A stretch of DNA of 61,586 bases from Candidatus Thorarchaeota archaeon (GTDB lineage: Archaea > Asgardarchaeota > Thorarchaeia > Thorarchaeales > Thorarchaeaceae). Numbering within the stretch: position 1 is the first letter of the stretch; each line of letters starts with the position of its first letter. This document shows positions 19,512 through 29,431 of the stretch, in pieces. The translations under genes were made by a program, and so were the position numbers. The DNA lies in assembly GCA_029855935.1 (NCBI GenBank), contig JAGSHN010000024.1, positions 1 through 61,586 on the forward strand, given 5' to 3'. The notes beneath the pieces are model-generated. The model had not been told where the DNA came from and did no database searches. It saw only the letters and a list, made by a program, of their open reading frames with translations.

Positions 19512-21512
19512 ATGGATGACCACGACACTGAGTTCTCGGCAAGGAGAGGAACTGCAGTATTGGTCATCTCAATTGTAGTTGTTGCAAGCCTCGTCTTTGC
19601 TGTACTCACGGGGCCCGGCGCCCAGATGACGGGACATGTCCGCGTTGCAGTGATAGACTCTGGCATAGAGTCTGACGTCGATTTCGCCTCCCGGATTGTT
19701 GCCCAACGCAGCTTTATCAGCGCCGAGTTCGGCTACTCCACGGTCGACAATTCAACAGACGACAGTCTCCCCGGAGGATCCGCGCACGGCACGTATGTCG
19801 CATTCCTGATCGCACGGGGGTCCGCTCGAGCCGAGATTGTGAATGCCAAGGTTGTCACCTCGTCCAACGAGGCCACAATATCGGCCATCGTCGCTGCCGT
19901 CCGCTGGGTTGTTCTGGAGGAGCACTGTCAAGTCATCAATCTCAGCTTGGGTGGTACACCAACACGGGAGGATCCGCTCTCAGAGATTGTGCAATGGGCG
20001 TTTAGGAGGGGTGTTGTTGTCATTGCAGCTGCTGGCAATAGCGGTGAGAATGGCGTGGCAGGCTCGTCAATTGAGAGTCCGGCCACCGTGCCGGAGTCCA
20101 TAGCAGTCGCAGCTCTGGACACAGATGACCACCTGCTCGGATTCTCGTCGATAGGTCCCCTCCGCAATGGAACGTGCAAACCGGACATCGCTGCTCCGGG
20201 CTATTTCTCAGGCAATGGAGCCACAGTCTTTGGTACCAGCTTTGCGGCTCCAAGAGTATCGGCGGCTGCCGCAGAGATTATCGGATACTGTCTGGACCAA
20301 GGTTGGTCGTGGACACCAGGAATGGTAAAGGCGGTCCTGATGGCCAGTGCACAGCATCTCTCTGAGGCGCCCTACCGTGTTGGCGCCGGCCTCCTTGACA
20401 CTGAGATGGCTCTTAGGTATCTCGATCACGTGCCGAGGCGCGATGGGCTACCTCTTGTTTCATACGTCAGTCCACGGCACGGACCATGGGACTTTGAGCG
20501 CTGGTTTGTCAACTCGACCTCCCTCGTCCAGCTCTCTGTCTTTACGAGTTCGAATGACACTTGGATTGTGACCCTTCACGGTTCAGCATCATACTGGGCA
20601 GGAGCACCGATGATGGTCCAGGTCGACCAGGTTGGGTCTCTTGAGGTCCGCGTTAGAGTGATATCTGACCGGAGGCTGCCGGACCTGCGTCTCACGGTCA
20701 CGCTGAGTGCGGCAGACTATAACTACATGTACGCGTCATTCACGTTTGATGCCGACCTCCCCCTCGCAGTGGCGGCATTTGAGATCGCCCACTCCCCATG
20801 GCCACATGACTCGATGTACGGACAGTTCCGGGAACTCTATCGGCTCACCACAGAACTGGGCGTTGCAGTACAAGAGATTCGTGACCCCTCAGAGGTCACC
20901 TATGACAATCTGCGTGAATACGACCTCGTGTTCGTCCTCGACCCCTGTGCGTATCAGACGCGCATCATCGGCAATCAGTTCGTCCTGGAGCCGTTTCGGC
21001 GGTACAGTACCCCGGAGATCTATGCCTATGAAGAGTATTGGAAGAACGGAGGCAGTCTCTTCGTCATAGGACTGGGCAATAGCAGTCTAGACCTCAGCGC
21101 TGTGAACGTCTTGGCTGGGCGTTTCAACTTCTCATTTGCCTATGACAGGGTGCCTGCTGTGAGCATTGTCATCAACGGTCACATCTCGACACAGCTTGTC
21201 ACGGACATAAGAGAGCATCCGCTGACTCAGGGAGTGACATCTTTCGACTACTACGGTTGTTCGATCAACGTTGGTCAGAATGTGACATCTCTTGCCACAG
21301 TCTCCATGAGAAGGATGCTTGACAACGGGACGGTGGTCGAGGAGAACCGTACAGTCCTGGCGGCTGTCGAGAACGCCAACGGAGGGCGCTTGGTCGCCAC
21401 GGGCTCGAATTTCTTTGTGGACAACTGGGGCCTTCTCGGTCTGTACAAGTCCAACGAGAATGCGAAACTGACGCGACAGATAGTCCTTTGGCTGTTTGGT
21501 ATAGTCGGCTGA
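19512..21512 (+). CDS. S8 subtilisin-like peptidase with C-terminal GIFT/DUF4350-like domain (MBTPS1/S1P-like architecture)
   Basis: Catalytic triad IDSG/HGT/GTSFAAP; N-terminal TM; C-terminal FRELY...YDLVF...EI...NGGSLFV...N.LA.RF. Confidence 0.88.
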   Translation: MDDHDTEFSARRGTAVLVISIVVVASLVFAVLTGPGAQMTGHVRVAVIDSGIESDVDFASRIVAQRSFISAEFGYSTVDNSTDDSLPGGSAHGTYVAFLIARGSARAEIVNAKVVTSSNEATISAIVAAVRWVVLEEHCQVINLSLGGTPTREDPLSEIVQWAFRRGVVVIAAAGNSGENGVAGSSIESPATVPESIAVAALDTDDHLLGFSSIGPLRNGTCKPDIAAPGYFSGNGATVFGTSFAAPRVSAAAAEIIGYCLDQGWSWTPGMVKAVLMASAQHLSEAPYRVGAGLLDTEMALRYLDHVPRRDGLPLVSYVSPRHGPWDFERWFVNSTSLVQLSVFTSSNDTWIVTLHGSASYWAGAPMMVQVDQVGSLEVRVRVISDRRLPDLRLTVTLSAADYNYMYASFTFDADLPLAVAAFEIAHSPWPHDSMYGQFRELYRLTTELGVAVQEIRDPSEVTYDNLREYDLVFVLDPCAYQTRIIGNQFVLEPFRRYSTPEIYAYEEYWKNGGSLFVIGLGNSSLDLSAVNVLAGRFNFSFAYDRVPAVSIVINGHISTQLVTDIREHPLTQGVTSFDYYGCSINVGQNVTSLATVSMRRMLDNGTVVEENRTVLAAVENANGGRLVATGSNFFVDNWGLLGLYKSNENAKLTRQIVLWLFGIVG

Positions 21513-21520
21513 TGTCTGCT

Positions 21521-21904
21521 CTATATCAGTGGAGCTATCCTGTCCGCCGCGCTCTTGGCGGCATAGACAAGGAGACCTGGTTTCATGTCCCTACGAGCCG
21601 CAAGGACGATTATCGCCTTCTCGCCCGCACTCTTGAGGATGATCTGGCCGTGCTCATTCGTGATGAGGACCTCCTCAAGCTGACCTTGGTCCAGCCTCTC
21701 AGCCGCTAGGTCTGCAACACCAAGAATTGATGCCGCCATTGCGGCTATCTCTGCAGCCTCCAGGCTCTCTGGAACCGCCGCATCGATAGGTAGACCCTCC
21801 TTTGAGAGGAGCATCCAAGCCTTGATACCGGTAGCGAGTGAAGTTGCCTCCTCCACTATTTCCCGGATCTTTCCTCTTAGCTCCTCGAAGTCCACATCCA
21901 TCAT
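21521..21904 (-). CDS. Roadblock/LC7 domain protein
   Basis: LLSKEGLPI, IAAMAASILG, LDQGQLEEVLI, KPGLL. Confidence 0.93.
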   Translation of the reverse strand: MMDVDFEELRGKIREIVEEATSLATGIKAWMLLSKEGLPIDAAVPESLEAAEIAAMAASILGVADLAAERLDQGQLEEVLITNEHGQIILKSAGEKAIIVLAARRDMKPGLLVYAAKSAADRIAPLI

Positions 21905-22190
21905 AGCGGCAGCGTCCTTCGACTCGTGCTGGTCTTGGTGCTCTTGACATATTATTAAGCTTTGGTTGGACCTACCCGCTGCTATTCTCCCCCGTGTATG
22001 TCCATGACCTTGGTTGTCATTGCCACCGTGCCTCTTCCCCTACTCCGCGGGTGTCACCTGCAGCCATGTCTCCCGACTCTCTTGGCGACGACATCGGAGA
22101 AACATCGTTCTCCGAGAGACTAAAGACCAAGCATTCTGACATCTCATTGTGTGGTCACCTCTGATCACTGTACGAGGAGCTGTATCACCT

Positions 22191-22814
22191 GTGGCCGAAA
22201 TACTTGACATTGTGCCTGATTCCCCAGAGGAGCATCCGGCGAGGTCGTGGAAACAAGGAGTGCGCGTGCTTGGAGTGGCTGAGAGCTTTGATAGGGGACA
22301 GGAGCACAGCGTTGTCGTGGGTGTAGTGATGCGAGGCGACCTCCGTGTGGACGGCCTAGGCGTCTGTTTTCCTGAAGTGGGCGGTACTGACTCTACAGAC
22401 AGACTGCTTGAGATGGTGGAACGGGTGTCAAGGCCGGACATCAGGGCATGGATGCTTGGTGGCTCTGTCATCTCCTGGTTCAATGTGGTGGACCTCAACA
22501 GGCTCCACGAAGAAACAGGTCTGCCAGTCATCAGTGTCACGTATCAGCCCTCAAATGGAATCTCCAAGTATCTCAGAGAGTACTTCCCAAGCGACTGGGG
22601 GACGAGAGAACAGATCATCGAGAGGAACGGGACCCGCCGTGCTGTTATTCTACGGACTGGTTGTCGTGCATATCTCAATGCAGTGGGTCTGCGACTGCCT
22701 GACGCAGTGAGTCTCGTCAATATGTTTACGCTGGATGGTCGTGTCCCCGAGCCCATCAGGCTTGCCAGAGTGGTTGCGTCGGCCCTGCGACGTGACCTGC
22801 CTCTACTGCCCTGA
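22191..22814 (+). CDS. DUF99-family endonuclease V-like protein
   Basis: VLGVAESF, GVVMRGD, GGTDST, SWFNVVD, VPEPIRLA. Start at GTG 22191. Confidence 0.88.
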   Translation: MAEILDIVPDSPEEHPARSWKQGVRVLGVAESFDRGQEHSVVVGVVMRGDLRVDGLGVCFPEVGGTDSTDRLLEMVERVSRPDIRAWMLGGSVISWFNVVDLNRLHEETGLPVISVTYQPSNGISKYLREYFPSDWGTREQIIERNGTRRAVILRTGCRAYLNAVGLRLPDAVSLVNMFTLDGRVPEPIRLARVVASALRRDLPLLP

Positions 22815-23423
22815 GGACTCTGCGTGTGCGGCCAGCGCCTCGGCCAATCTCACAGCCTGCTCAACACCGAGGTCACGCAGGCGCCTCATTCCAGAATCGA
22901 AGAACTGCTGAAGCAATGATATCGCCACGCCCCGTTGTTTCAGGCGCACAGCGCGAACTAGCATGTCGATGGTGTCGGCACTCCTGACGACTCTTGCCTC
23001 GATCGAATAGGCGCTCTGGTACTCCTCCATCAGTTGGATTACAGAGTCCTCAATAGGAGTCCCCTGCAAGACTTGTGCCACCACGCGATTCTCCAACCTC
23101 TCCTTGGCGGACCGAAGATCGTCCCACTCCGGGATACCACCCCGCTGCGGAATATCAGATGTGGTGGCCTCAGCGATGTCGTGTATCACGGCCATTGCTA
23201 GAGCCCTCTCGCTATCAATGCTATCCCCTTCACGTGTCACCAGACTGCACAGGAGAATCGTGACAAAGGAAACGCCCCACGAATGCGATGCAACAGACTC
23301 CACCGTGTTCTTGTCGCATCCCGCAAGAATCCATCCTGTCCGCGGAACGTCCTTCAGAGTCTCGACACTGAGGAGCAGCTCGGCGATTCTATCCATGCTC
23401 AGTGCTATATCCCCCATCATCAT
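22803..23423 (-). CDS. HD-domain 5'-deoxynucleotidase (YfbR/HDDC2-like)
   Basis: LKDVPRTGW, ESVASHS, HDIAEATTSDI, AD. Confidence 0.9.
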   Translation of the reverse strand: MMMGDIALSMDRIAELLLSVETLKDVPRTGWILAGCDKNTVESVASHSWGVSFVTILLCSLVTREGDSIDSERALAMAVIHDIAEATTSDIPQRGGIPEWDDLRSAKERLENRVVAQVLQGTPIEDSVIQLMEEYQSAYSIEARVVRSADTIDMLVRAVRLKQRGVAISLLQQFFDSGMRRLRDLGVEQAVRLAEALAAHAESSGQ

Positions 23424-23482
23424 CAGAGTCCATAGAAACAGAACAGCGACACATCGGGTCTATCCGTAGAACAGGAGGAGAG

Positions 23483-23502
23483 GAGGAGGACAAGTCCTCC
23501 TC
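23483..23502 (-). terminator. Perfect 9-bp inverted repeat between the BMP and HD genes
   Basis: GAGGAGGAC-AA-GTCCTCCTC, followed on the minus strand by a pyrimidine-rich run. Confidence 0.45.
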
Positions 23503-23524
23503 GCGTGTCAACTAGGAGATTTGA

Positions 23525-24709
23525 CTATGGGTTGGGCTGCACCACGATCGTGCCGTTCACGACAGCGTGATAGTAGTCCCAGACGATTGGTCGGTATGGA
23601 TCCGTGTACTGAGTGCTGTAGGTGAAGTCAGTTATGTTGACTCCTCCGTTTGCCAGGTCATAGATCACCTCTTGCGCGCCTGGAAAGTCCTGCCAGAGAG
23701 TTGCATTGATCACCCTATATGCGGCGAGGTCTGTTCTCGGGACCACGCTCAGTGGTATCCAGCTCTCACCAGACTCTACCTCGGGGTCGGGGAGTCCATA
23801 GTAGTCTTGGTCACCCTCTGCAGCAATCACCAAAGGCTTCCTATCGTACTTCTCCTGCTTCGTCAAGTTGTAGAGCGATGAGAGGGAGTGGTTCGCCTCC
23901 AGCATTCCTAGTCGGACTCCTGTGATGCTGGCCCGCACAGGCGCGAAGATGATGGATGCCTCCTTCTGGATGAACATATTGTAGGTCATATTGCCTGCCG
24001 TGTACGTGTCGTTATAGCTGCCGACGAACTCTGGCTCGAGGACATCGACATCAAGAGCCATATCGTTCTTTGCACGGTTGACACCCTGTATGAAGCCATC
24101 AATCATGTTGGCCACACGCGGGTCGGCCTCGACGGAGCCGATCACTCCAACGATATGGGTGAGGTTATCTGCCATCAGGGCAGCGAAGACACCAGCAACG
24201 AAGGACGCCTCGTATGTCCTGAACGTGGAGGAGAAGACGTTCTCACGCGGGACAATGCCGTCAATCATTCCAAAGTCCTGCTCTGGATAGGCTGCAGCAA
24301 CATTGTTCAGAGGGTCCTGAAGTTCTGGCCCGAGTACGAGAATGAGGCTGTATCTGCCGGACGCGGCCAGCTGCTCCAGCAGCTGTTGTCCCTCCGCTGG
24401 CGTATCCACCGGATCCTGAATGGCGTACTGCACCGGGATGTCCGCAGCTAGGGCCTGTAGGCCACGCATCAGCTGATCCGCATAACTTAGGTCCCCAAAA
24501 CCGGGTTCCATCACAACAACAGCGACTCGAGAGGGCTCATACGGACTCGTTGTGTAGAGCAGACCACCAACGGCACCGAATACGATGATTACTATAACAA
24601 GCGACGCAATAAGGCTCGATCGCGACTCCACAGCGGTTCCTCCTGTGTCGGTAGCCGAGCTTCGCCGTGTGGTTGATTTAAATATGTCGCTTGGCCTGAG
24701 TCTCATCAT
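23525..24709 (-). CDS. BMP-family ABC substrate-binding protein (membrane anchored)
   Basis: TM anchor; GFGDLSY, EASFVAGVFAA, GFIQG, DQDY, DLANGGV. Confidence 0.85.
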   Translation of the reverse strand: MMRLRPSDIFKSTTRRSSATDTGGTAVESRSSLIASLVIVIIVFGAVGGLLYTTSPYEPSRVAVVVMEPGFGDLSYADQLMRGLQALAADIPVQYAIQDPVDTPAEGQQLLEQLAASGRYSLILVLGPELQDPLNNVAAAYPEQDFGMIDGIVPRENVFSSTFRTYEASFVAGVFAALMADNLTHIVGVIGSVEADPRVANMIDGFIQGVNRAKNDMALDVDVLEPEFVGSYNDTYTAGNMTYNMFIQKEASIIFAPVRASITGVRLGMLEANHSLSSLYNLTKQEKYDRKPLVIAAEGDQDYYGLPDPEVESGESWIPLSVVPRTDLAAYRVINATLWQDFPGAQEVIYDLANGGVNITDFTYSTQYTDPYRPIVWDYYHAVVNGTIVVQPNP

Positions 24710-25543
24710 TGGGCGGCAATGTACGTCAACACACGCACCACAACCCGCCGAATCTTGGGCGGCCGTATTACATGGGCCACCGGTTGCTCAGGTGGCGGAC
24801 GGCCGACGGACTCTCTCGAAACTTGAGGCACTACTCTGTAGTCGGTCTACTCCCGTATCGCCACCGCGGTCAGAGCATCGGACCGCGGGCACCGGATAGC
24901 CCTTGGCTTCCTTTCCTCCGTCCGGATCTCTGCAGGCCTCAACATGCCCGAGAATGTCATGCAAGGTCTCAGAAAGGCAGTGTATCCCGTGCTCCAAATG
25001 GTCTGCGAATCCTCTCTCCACGTGGGAACTCGGCCCCACGGGGTCCGCAAGGATTCCGGATGCACAGGATCTGTCTGCAAGACCTGGGCCCTCTTCTTGT
25101 GACGGGGGAGAACGTCACCGCCACGAAAGAAGTGACCGGGCCTAGGAGGATGACAGGCCGTTCTAGGCGGTCCTCGTGACGGATGCAGATGCTGGCCTCA
25201 GAACGTGACGGGTCCACTTGAAAGGACATAGACCGCCTATCGAACACCCCCTGACACTACCTGAACATTCTTGTTCTGCTTGGAGAGCTTCCGCGCAGGC
25301 CGGATGTTGAGACCGTTTCTGACTATGACGCTCACATTCTTGGTACTGACACTCCCGGGGCCAGACGCGAACCAAGTCGTCGTCCAAGCGCACGATGGAG
25401 TCGGGAACCCTCCTCTCGGGCCGCCTCAGCTCCCGAGGGCCCCATCTGAGTGTCCGATGAAAAACTGGGCACGGGAACGTGCTATAGTGCATTCGAACTT
25501 GAGCAAGCTATTAAATAGGGCTAGTTACCACAGCGTGGACCGG

Positions 25544-26272
25544 ATGGATGCGACCTTGTCCGCCGAGATGTTGACACAAGTGGCAGAACTCCTTGGTGGC
25601 ATTCTGGAGCTGCACGACCACATCGAGCACGTCATCCTCTGTACGCGAGAGGGAGTCATCGTGACGGCTGTCGCGCGTCGCGAGCGGGTCGATCCTCGTG
25701 TACTGGCGACGGTCACATCCGCAATCGCTTGGGCTGGCAACACCACCTTTGAGAAGATGTCACAGGGCCCGCCTGAGACAATTCTCCTGACTACTGCGGA
25801 TGAGCGGATTGTGGCGCTGTCACAGGGAGGACACCACCTCGTGTTGGTGTTCAGTCCGCCCCAGGTCAGTGACACTGAGCTCTCTAGCATGTTACCAAGC
25901 GTCCGTGCGGCTGGTGCTCGCATTGAGATCCTGATGCGATCAGCGAGGTCTCAGGCCGAGTCCGACATCCTTGGAAACATATTCAAGTTGGTCCCTAATG
26001 TCACGCGCGCAATGCTACTGACAGTCGATGGTCTTCCGCTCGGCTCTGTGGGATTCGAGAACGAGATTGAGCTGGCTGGGCTGATAGGCTCTATGTTCGC
26101 CAACGGACTGACTTTCTCAGAGACCACAGACCACATTGTTCTCGAGTCTGGCGACTACAGCCTGCTCATAGTCAGAGTCGACGAAGCTCGGTTGCTCGCA
26201 GTCACTCTCACAGGCGAACGTCGCGAGGATCAGTTCGATCACGTCATAGACATTGTGCATCAGAGTGTGTGA
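25544..26272 (+). CDS. Tandem Roadblock/LC7 domain protein
   Basis: Two repeats: ILCTREGVIV...LATVTSAI and MLLTVDGLPL...LAGLIGSM. Start at ATG 25544, downstream of TATTAAATA. Confidence 0.78.
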   Translation: MDATLSAEMLTQVAELLGGILELHDHIEHVILCTREGVIVTAVARRERVDPRVLATVTSAIAWAGNTTFEKMSQGPPETILLTTADERIVALSQGGHHLVLVFSPPQVSDTELSSMLPSVRAAGARIEILMRSARSQAESDILGNIFKLVPNVTRAMLLTVDGLPLGSVGFENEIELAGLIGSMFANGLTFSETTDHIVLESGDYSLLIVRVDEARLLAVTLTGERREDQFDHVIDIVHQSV

Positions 26273-26979
26273 GCCTTCTCGACCCTCTGGTCAGGACCTG
26301 CATCAGCTGACCTGACGACGTCTGGCTCGTCAAACTCGCTGAACTGCCACTCTCTCAGATTGATGGTTATGAAGCAGTCCTTGCCCCTATCAGGACAGTC
26401 GATTCTAATCGTGACACGGTCAGGAGTCTTCTCGCGAATCTCGGGGTTGAGACATCCCTGCTCAAGCTTCTCCATCAGGAACATCACGAATGTTTCTGAG
26501 ATGCTGTTCAGTCCTCCCTCAAGTAGTGCGCGGCCCAGCCTCTCAAGGTAGTGCTTCTTCTTTCGACCGACCTTCTCAACCCGAAGCAGTCCGGTCTTGA
26601 TCATTCTGTCAACGTGCCATCTTATTGTGTCGTGGTGGACCTTCAACGCCTCCGCCATCTCCTCTTGATGGCATCCCGGATTGTTGACCACGTAGAGGAA
26701 GATCCTCTGGGCCGTCTTGCTGCGTAGTGTGAGGAATGCCAACTCAGCCTCCTCGCTCCTGAGCATGTTGGGGTAGTAGACCCTCTTTCCCGCGAACTTT
26801 GTGGACTTCACGAGGCCCTCTCTCTCAAGGATTCTCAGATGCCACGTCAGCGTTCCCAATGGCGACTCAAGCATGTCTGCAAGTTCAAGGAGATAGGTGC
26901 CAGGGCTCTCACATAGTATTGTGAATAGCTCTCGACGAAACGGATGAAGAAGGAGGCTCATTCGTCGTTGCCGCGGCAT
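26260..26979 (-). CDS. Double winged-helix transcriptional regulator (COG3398-like)
   Basis: ESPG...GTLTWHLRILEREGLV and NNPG...TIRWHVDRMIKTGLL. Confidence 0.85.
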   Translation of the reverse strand: MPRQRRMSLLLHPFRRELFTILCESPGTYLLELADMLESPLGTLTWHLRILEREGLVKSTKFAGKRVYYPNMLRSEEAELAFLTLRSKTAQRIFLYVVNNPGCHQEEMAEALKVHHDTIRWHVDRMIKTGLLRVEKVGRKKKHYLERLGRALLEGGLNSISETFVMFLMEKLEQGCLNPEIREKTPDRVTIRIDCPDRGKDCFITINLREWQFSEFDEPDVVRSADAGPDQRVEKAHTL

Positions 26980-27135
26980 TCTCCCTATCCTCTCAGAACG
27001 GTATCGAAGAGATGCCGTCCGTGAGATAAAAGGACTTCGACTCGGTGGCTGTGGTTCTTGGTCTCTTGCGAACTCTTTATTTTGACATCTTCGCACAACC
27101 GACGGGTCAGTAGCCTTGGACCCAGAGGGAGAACG

Positions 27136-28968
27136 TTGTGCGGAATCACAGGAATCGTCACACAGAATCGTGATGACATTGGCGCACTGCTGGTCATGTG
27201 CAGCAGAAAACTCACCTATCGCGGCTACGACTCGGTGGGCGTGGCTGCGGTGAAGGACGGTGTGGTCAATTTACGCAAGGATGTCGGCACGATTGACGAC
27301 GTTGACCGCGCACTCGGGCTGTCGAAGATGCGTGGCGACCGCGGCATTGCACAGCTGCGTTGGGCGACCTATGGTGCGCCGACGAAGGTCAACGCCCAGC
27401 CTCACTTTGGCTGCACCGAGGACTTCTATGGTGCGCACAACGGGAATATCCACAACTTCGCCGAGTATCGAAAGGAACTGATCGACACTGGGCATATCGT
27501 GCGTTCCGAGAATGATGGCGAGCTCTGCGTTCATGCGGTCGACAAGTACTACGAGCAGACTGACGATATGTTCGAGGCTGTCCGTCTCTCCACGAGGGAC
27601 TTGAAGGGCGCATTCGCCTTTGCTGTCGGTCGGGCCGATGAGCGCAAGATCTATGCCGTGAAGATGGGCTCGTCGCTCGTGGCTGGCGTTGCTCCCGACG
27701 CCACAATTGTATCAAGCGACCTGCCGTCGATTCTCCCCCTCACAAATCGGGTGGTCTACCTTCGCGATGGGGAGATGGTCGTCCTCACTCCCGAGGAGGT
27801 CAAGGTCTATCGAATTGAGGACGGACGCGAACTTGACCGTAGGCCTGAGGTGAGCAATGTCGATCCTCACGCTGCCGAGAAGGGCGGCTATCCACACTTC
27901 ATGCTAAAGGAGATCAACGAGCAACCACAGGTCGCAAGGGATGTCATGGGGGTTCTAGAGGGGGCGAAGTCTGACGACTGGCTCCGTCTGATAGAAGATG
28001 CCTCGCAGAAGTACCTCGTTGCGTGCGGCTCATCTTACAATGCTGGAATTGTCGGTACCTACTACTTCAACCGGTTGGCTGGTGTTCCACTGATTCCCGT
28101 GATTGGGGGCCAGTTCATCCCTATGTACGGGAACGCTCTGAAGGACGACTCTCTCTGCATTCTCGTCTCGCAGAGCGGCGAGACAAAGGACATCATCAAT
28201 GTCCTCAACCTTGTCCGCGATACTGGACGCGGCAAGACTCTCGGTGTTGTGAACGTCATCGGGAGCACGCTGATGTTTGGTGCCGATGCGTATATCCCGA
28301 TGGCCTGCGGCTATGAGGTGAGTGTGCCAGCCACAAAGACATACTTCTCACAGACAATCATCTTTGCCTATCTGGCTGCGCGTCTGGGAGAACGCAACGG
28401 CACACTTGACCCCTCAGAGGCGAAGAGGTTCGTCGGCCTTCTACGTGACGACCTGCCACGCTTGGCTCAGACGACAATCGATCGGACCGGTATTCTGACA
28501 AAGAACCTTGCTCAGACGTTGATGAACGAGCGCGACCTCTACTGTCTCGGCTACGGCTTCACGGACGGCGTGGCACGTGAGGGCGCGTTGAAGATAAAGG
28601 AGATATGCTACAATCACTGTGAGGGCATGTACTCCTCGGAGTTCAAGCACGGCCCGCTGAGCATAGTCACGGACAACTATCCCGTGATATTCGTCACGAC
28701 ACGTGAGGACAGCTGGATGGTGATAAACCACATCAATGAGGTCCGTGCTCGTCACGGGAGGACAATCGTGGTCGGCGAGTATGAGGAGTCGCTATCCCAC
28801 TACGTAGACCGTGAGACAGACTACCTACGGGTTCCTGAGTCTGATGTCCTGATCAACCCGCTGCTCGATGTCATCCCACTTCAGATGCTCAGCTACTATC
28901 TGTCTGTGGACCTTGGCATCAATCCAGACCTGCCACGGAATCTGTCCAAGACGCTCACCGTGGACTAG
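27136..28968 (+). CDS. glmS: Glutamine--fructose-6-phosphate aminotransferase
   Basis: TTG start then CGITG; YRGYDS, HNGNI, SQSGET, EGALKIKE, PRNLSKTLTVD. Confidence 0.97.
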   Translation: MCGITGIVTQNRDDIGALLVMCSRKLTYRGYDSVGVAAVKDGVVNLRKDVGTIDDVDRALGLSKMRGDRGIAQLRWATYGAPTKVNAQPHFGCTEDFYGAHNGNIHNFAEYRKELIDTGHIVRSENDGELCVHAVDKYYEQTDDMFEAVRLSTRDLKGAFAFAVGRADERKIYAVKMGSSLVAGVAPDATIVSSDLPSILPLTNRVVYLRDGEMVVLTPEEVKVYRIEDGRELDRRPEVSNVDPHAAEKGGYPHFMLKEINEQPQVARDVMGVLEGAKSDDWLRLIEDASQKYLVACGSSYNAGIVGTYYFNRLAGVPLIPVIGGQFIPMYGNALKDDSLCILVSQSGETKDIINVLNLVRDTGRGKTLGVVNVIGSTLMFGADAYIPMACGYEVSVPATKTYFSQTIIFAYLAARLGERNGTLDPSEAKRFVGLLRDDLPRLAQTTIDRTGILTKNLAQTLMNERDLYCLGYGFTDGVAREGALKIKEICYNHCEGMYSSEFKHGPLSIVTDNYPVIFVTTREDSWMVINHINEVRARHGRTIVVGEYEESLSHYVDRETDYLRVPESDVLINPLLDVIPLQMLSYYLSVDLGINPDLPRNLSKTLTVD

Positions 28969-29354
28969 TCTTGGTCGCCCGTTTCCCCAATCCGGATGGC
29001 TCGCATCGCAAATGAGGCGACGTTGCCAGAGTCGAAGCCCTCCTTTATGTTGACGACATCTGCCTCCGACACCTCAAATACGCCGAGGAGCTCGTTGTAT
29101 TCGCATAACATCCACTGCCCGTAGACTGTTCCTCCTCCCTCAAGTTCACTCTCCAGGAGACCAACTGTCCCCGAGCTCGACCACCAGTTGACGAACCTCT
29201 TGACCGGCATCCCCAGCTCCTGAAGAAGGTCTGCCCATAACCTGCTCAACTGTGTAGGTCCATGCATGTTCCTGAACGTTATGAGATACGATCGGTCTTT
29301 CGACCTGATGACCTCACGGATACGCTGCATCTCTTCATCTGAGAACAACTTCAT
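28965..29354 (-). CDS. Hypothetical protein
   Basis: 129-aa ORF with normal composition filling the gap between glmS and the RimK-like gene. Confidence 0.65.
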   Translation of the reverse strand: MKLFSDEEMQRIREVIRSKDRSYLITFRNMHGPTQLSRLWADLLQELGMPVKRFVNWWSSSGTVGLLESELEGGGTVYGQWMLCEYNELLGVFEVSEADVVNIKEGFDSGNVASFAMRAIRIGETGDQD

Positions 29355-29431
29355 GCTACCCGTTCAGCCTGAGAAGGTCAGATGTTAAAAGGCCGCTGTT
29401 ATGACAAATATGGAATGAAGAGTGAGTCCCA

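Noticed and set aside
24901-24925. RNase P RNA suggested by minus-strand GGAGGAAAG
   Set aside because: It lacks the following GUCC and a recognisable 3' P4 partner.
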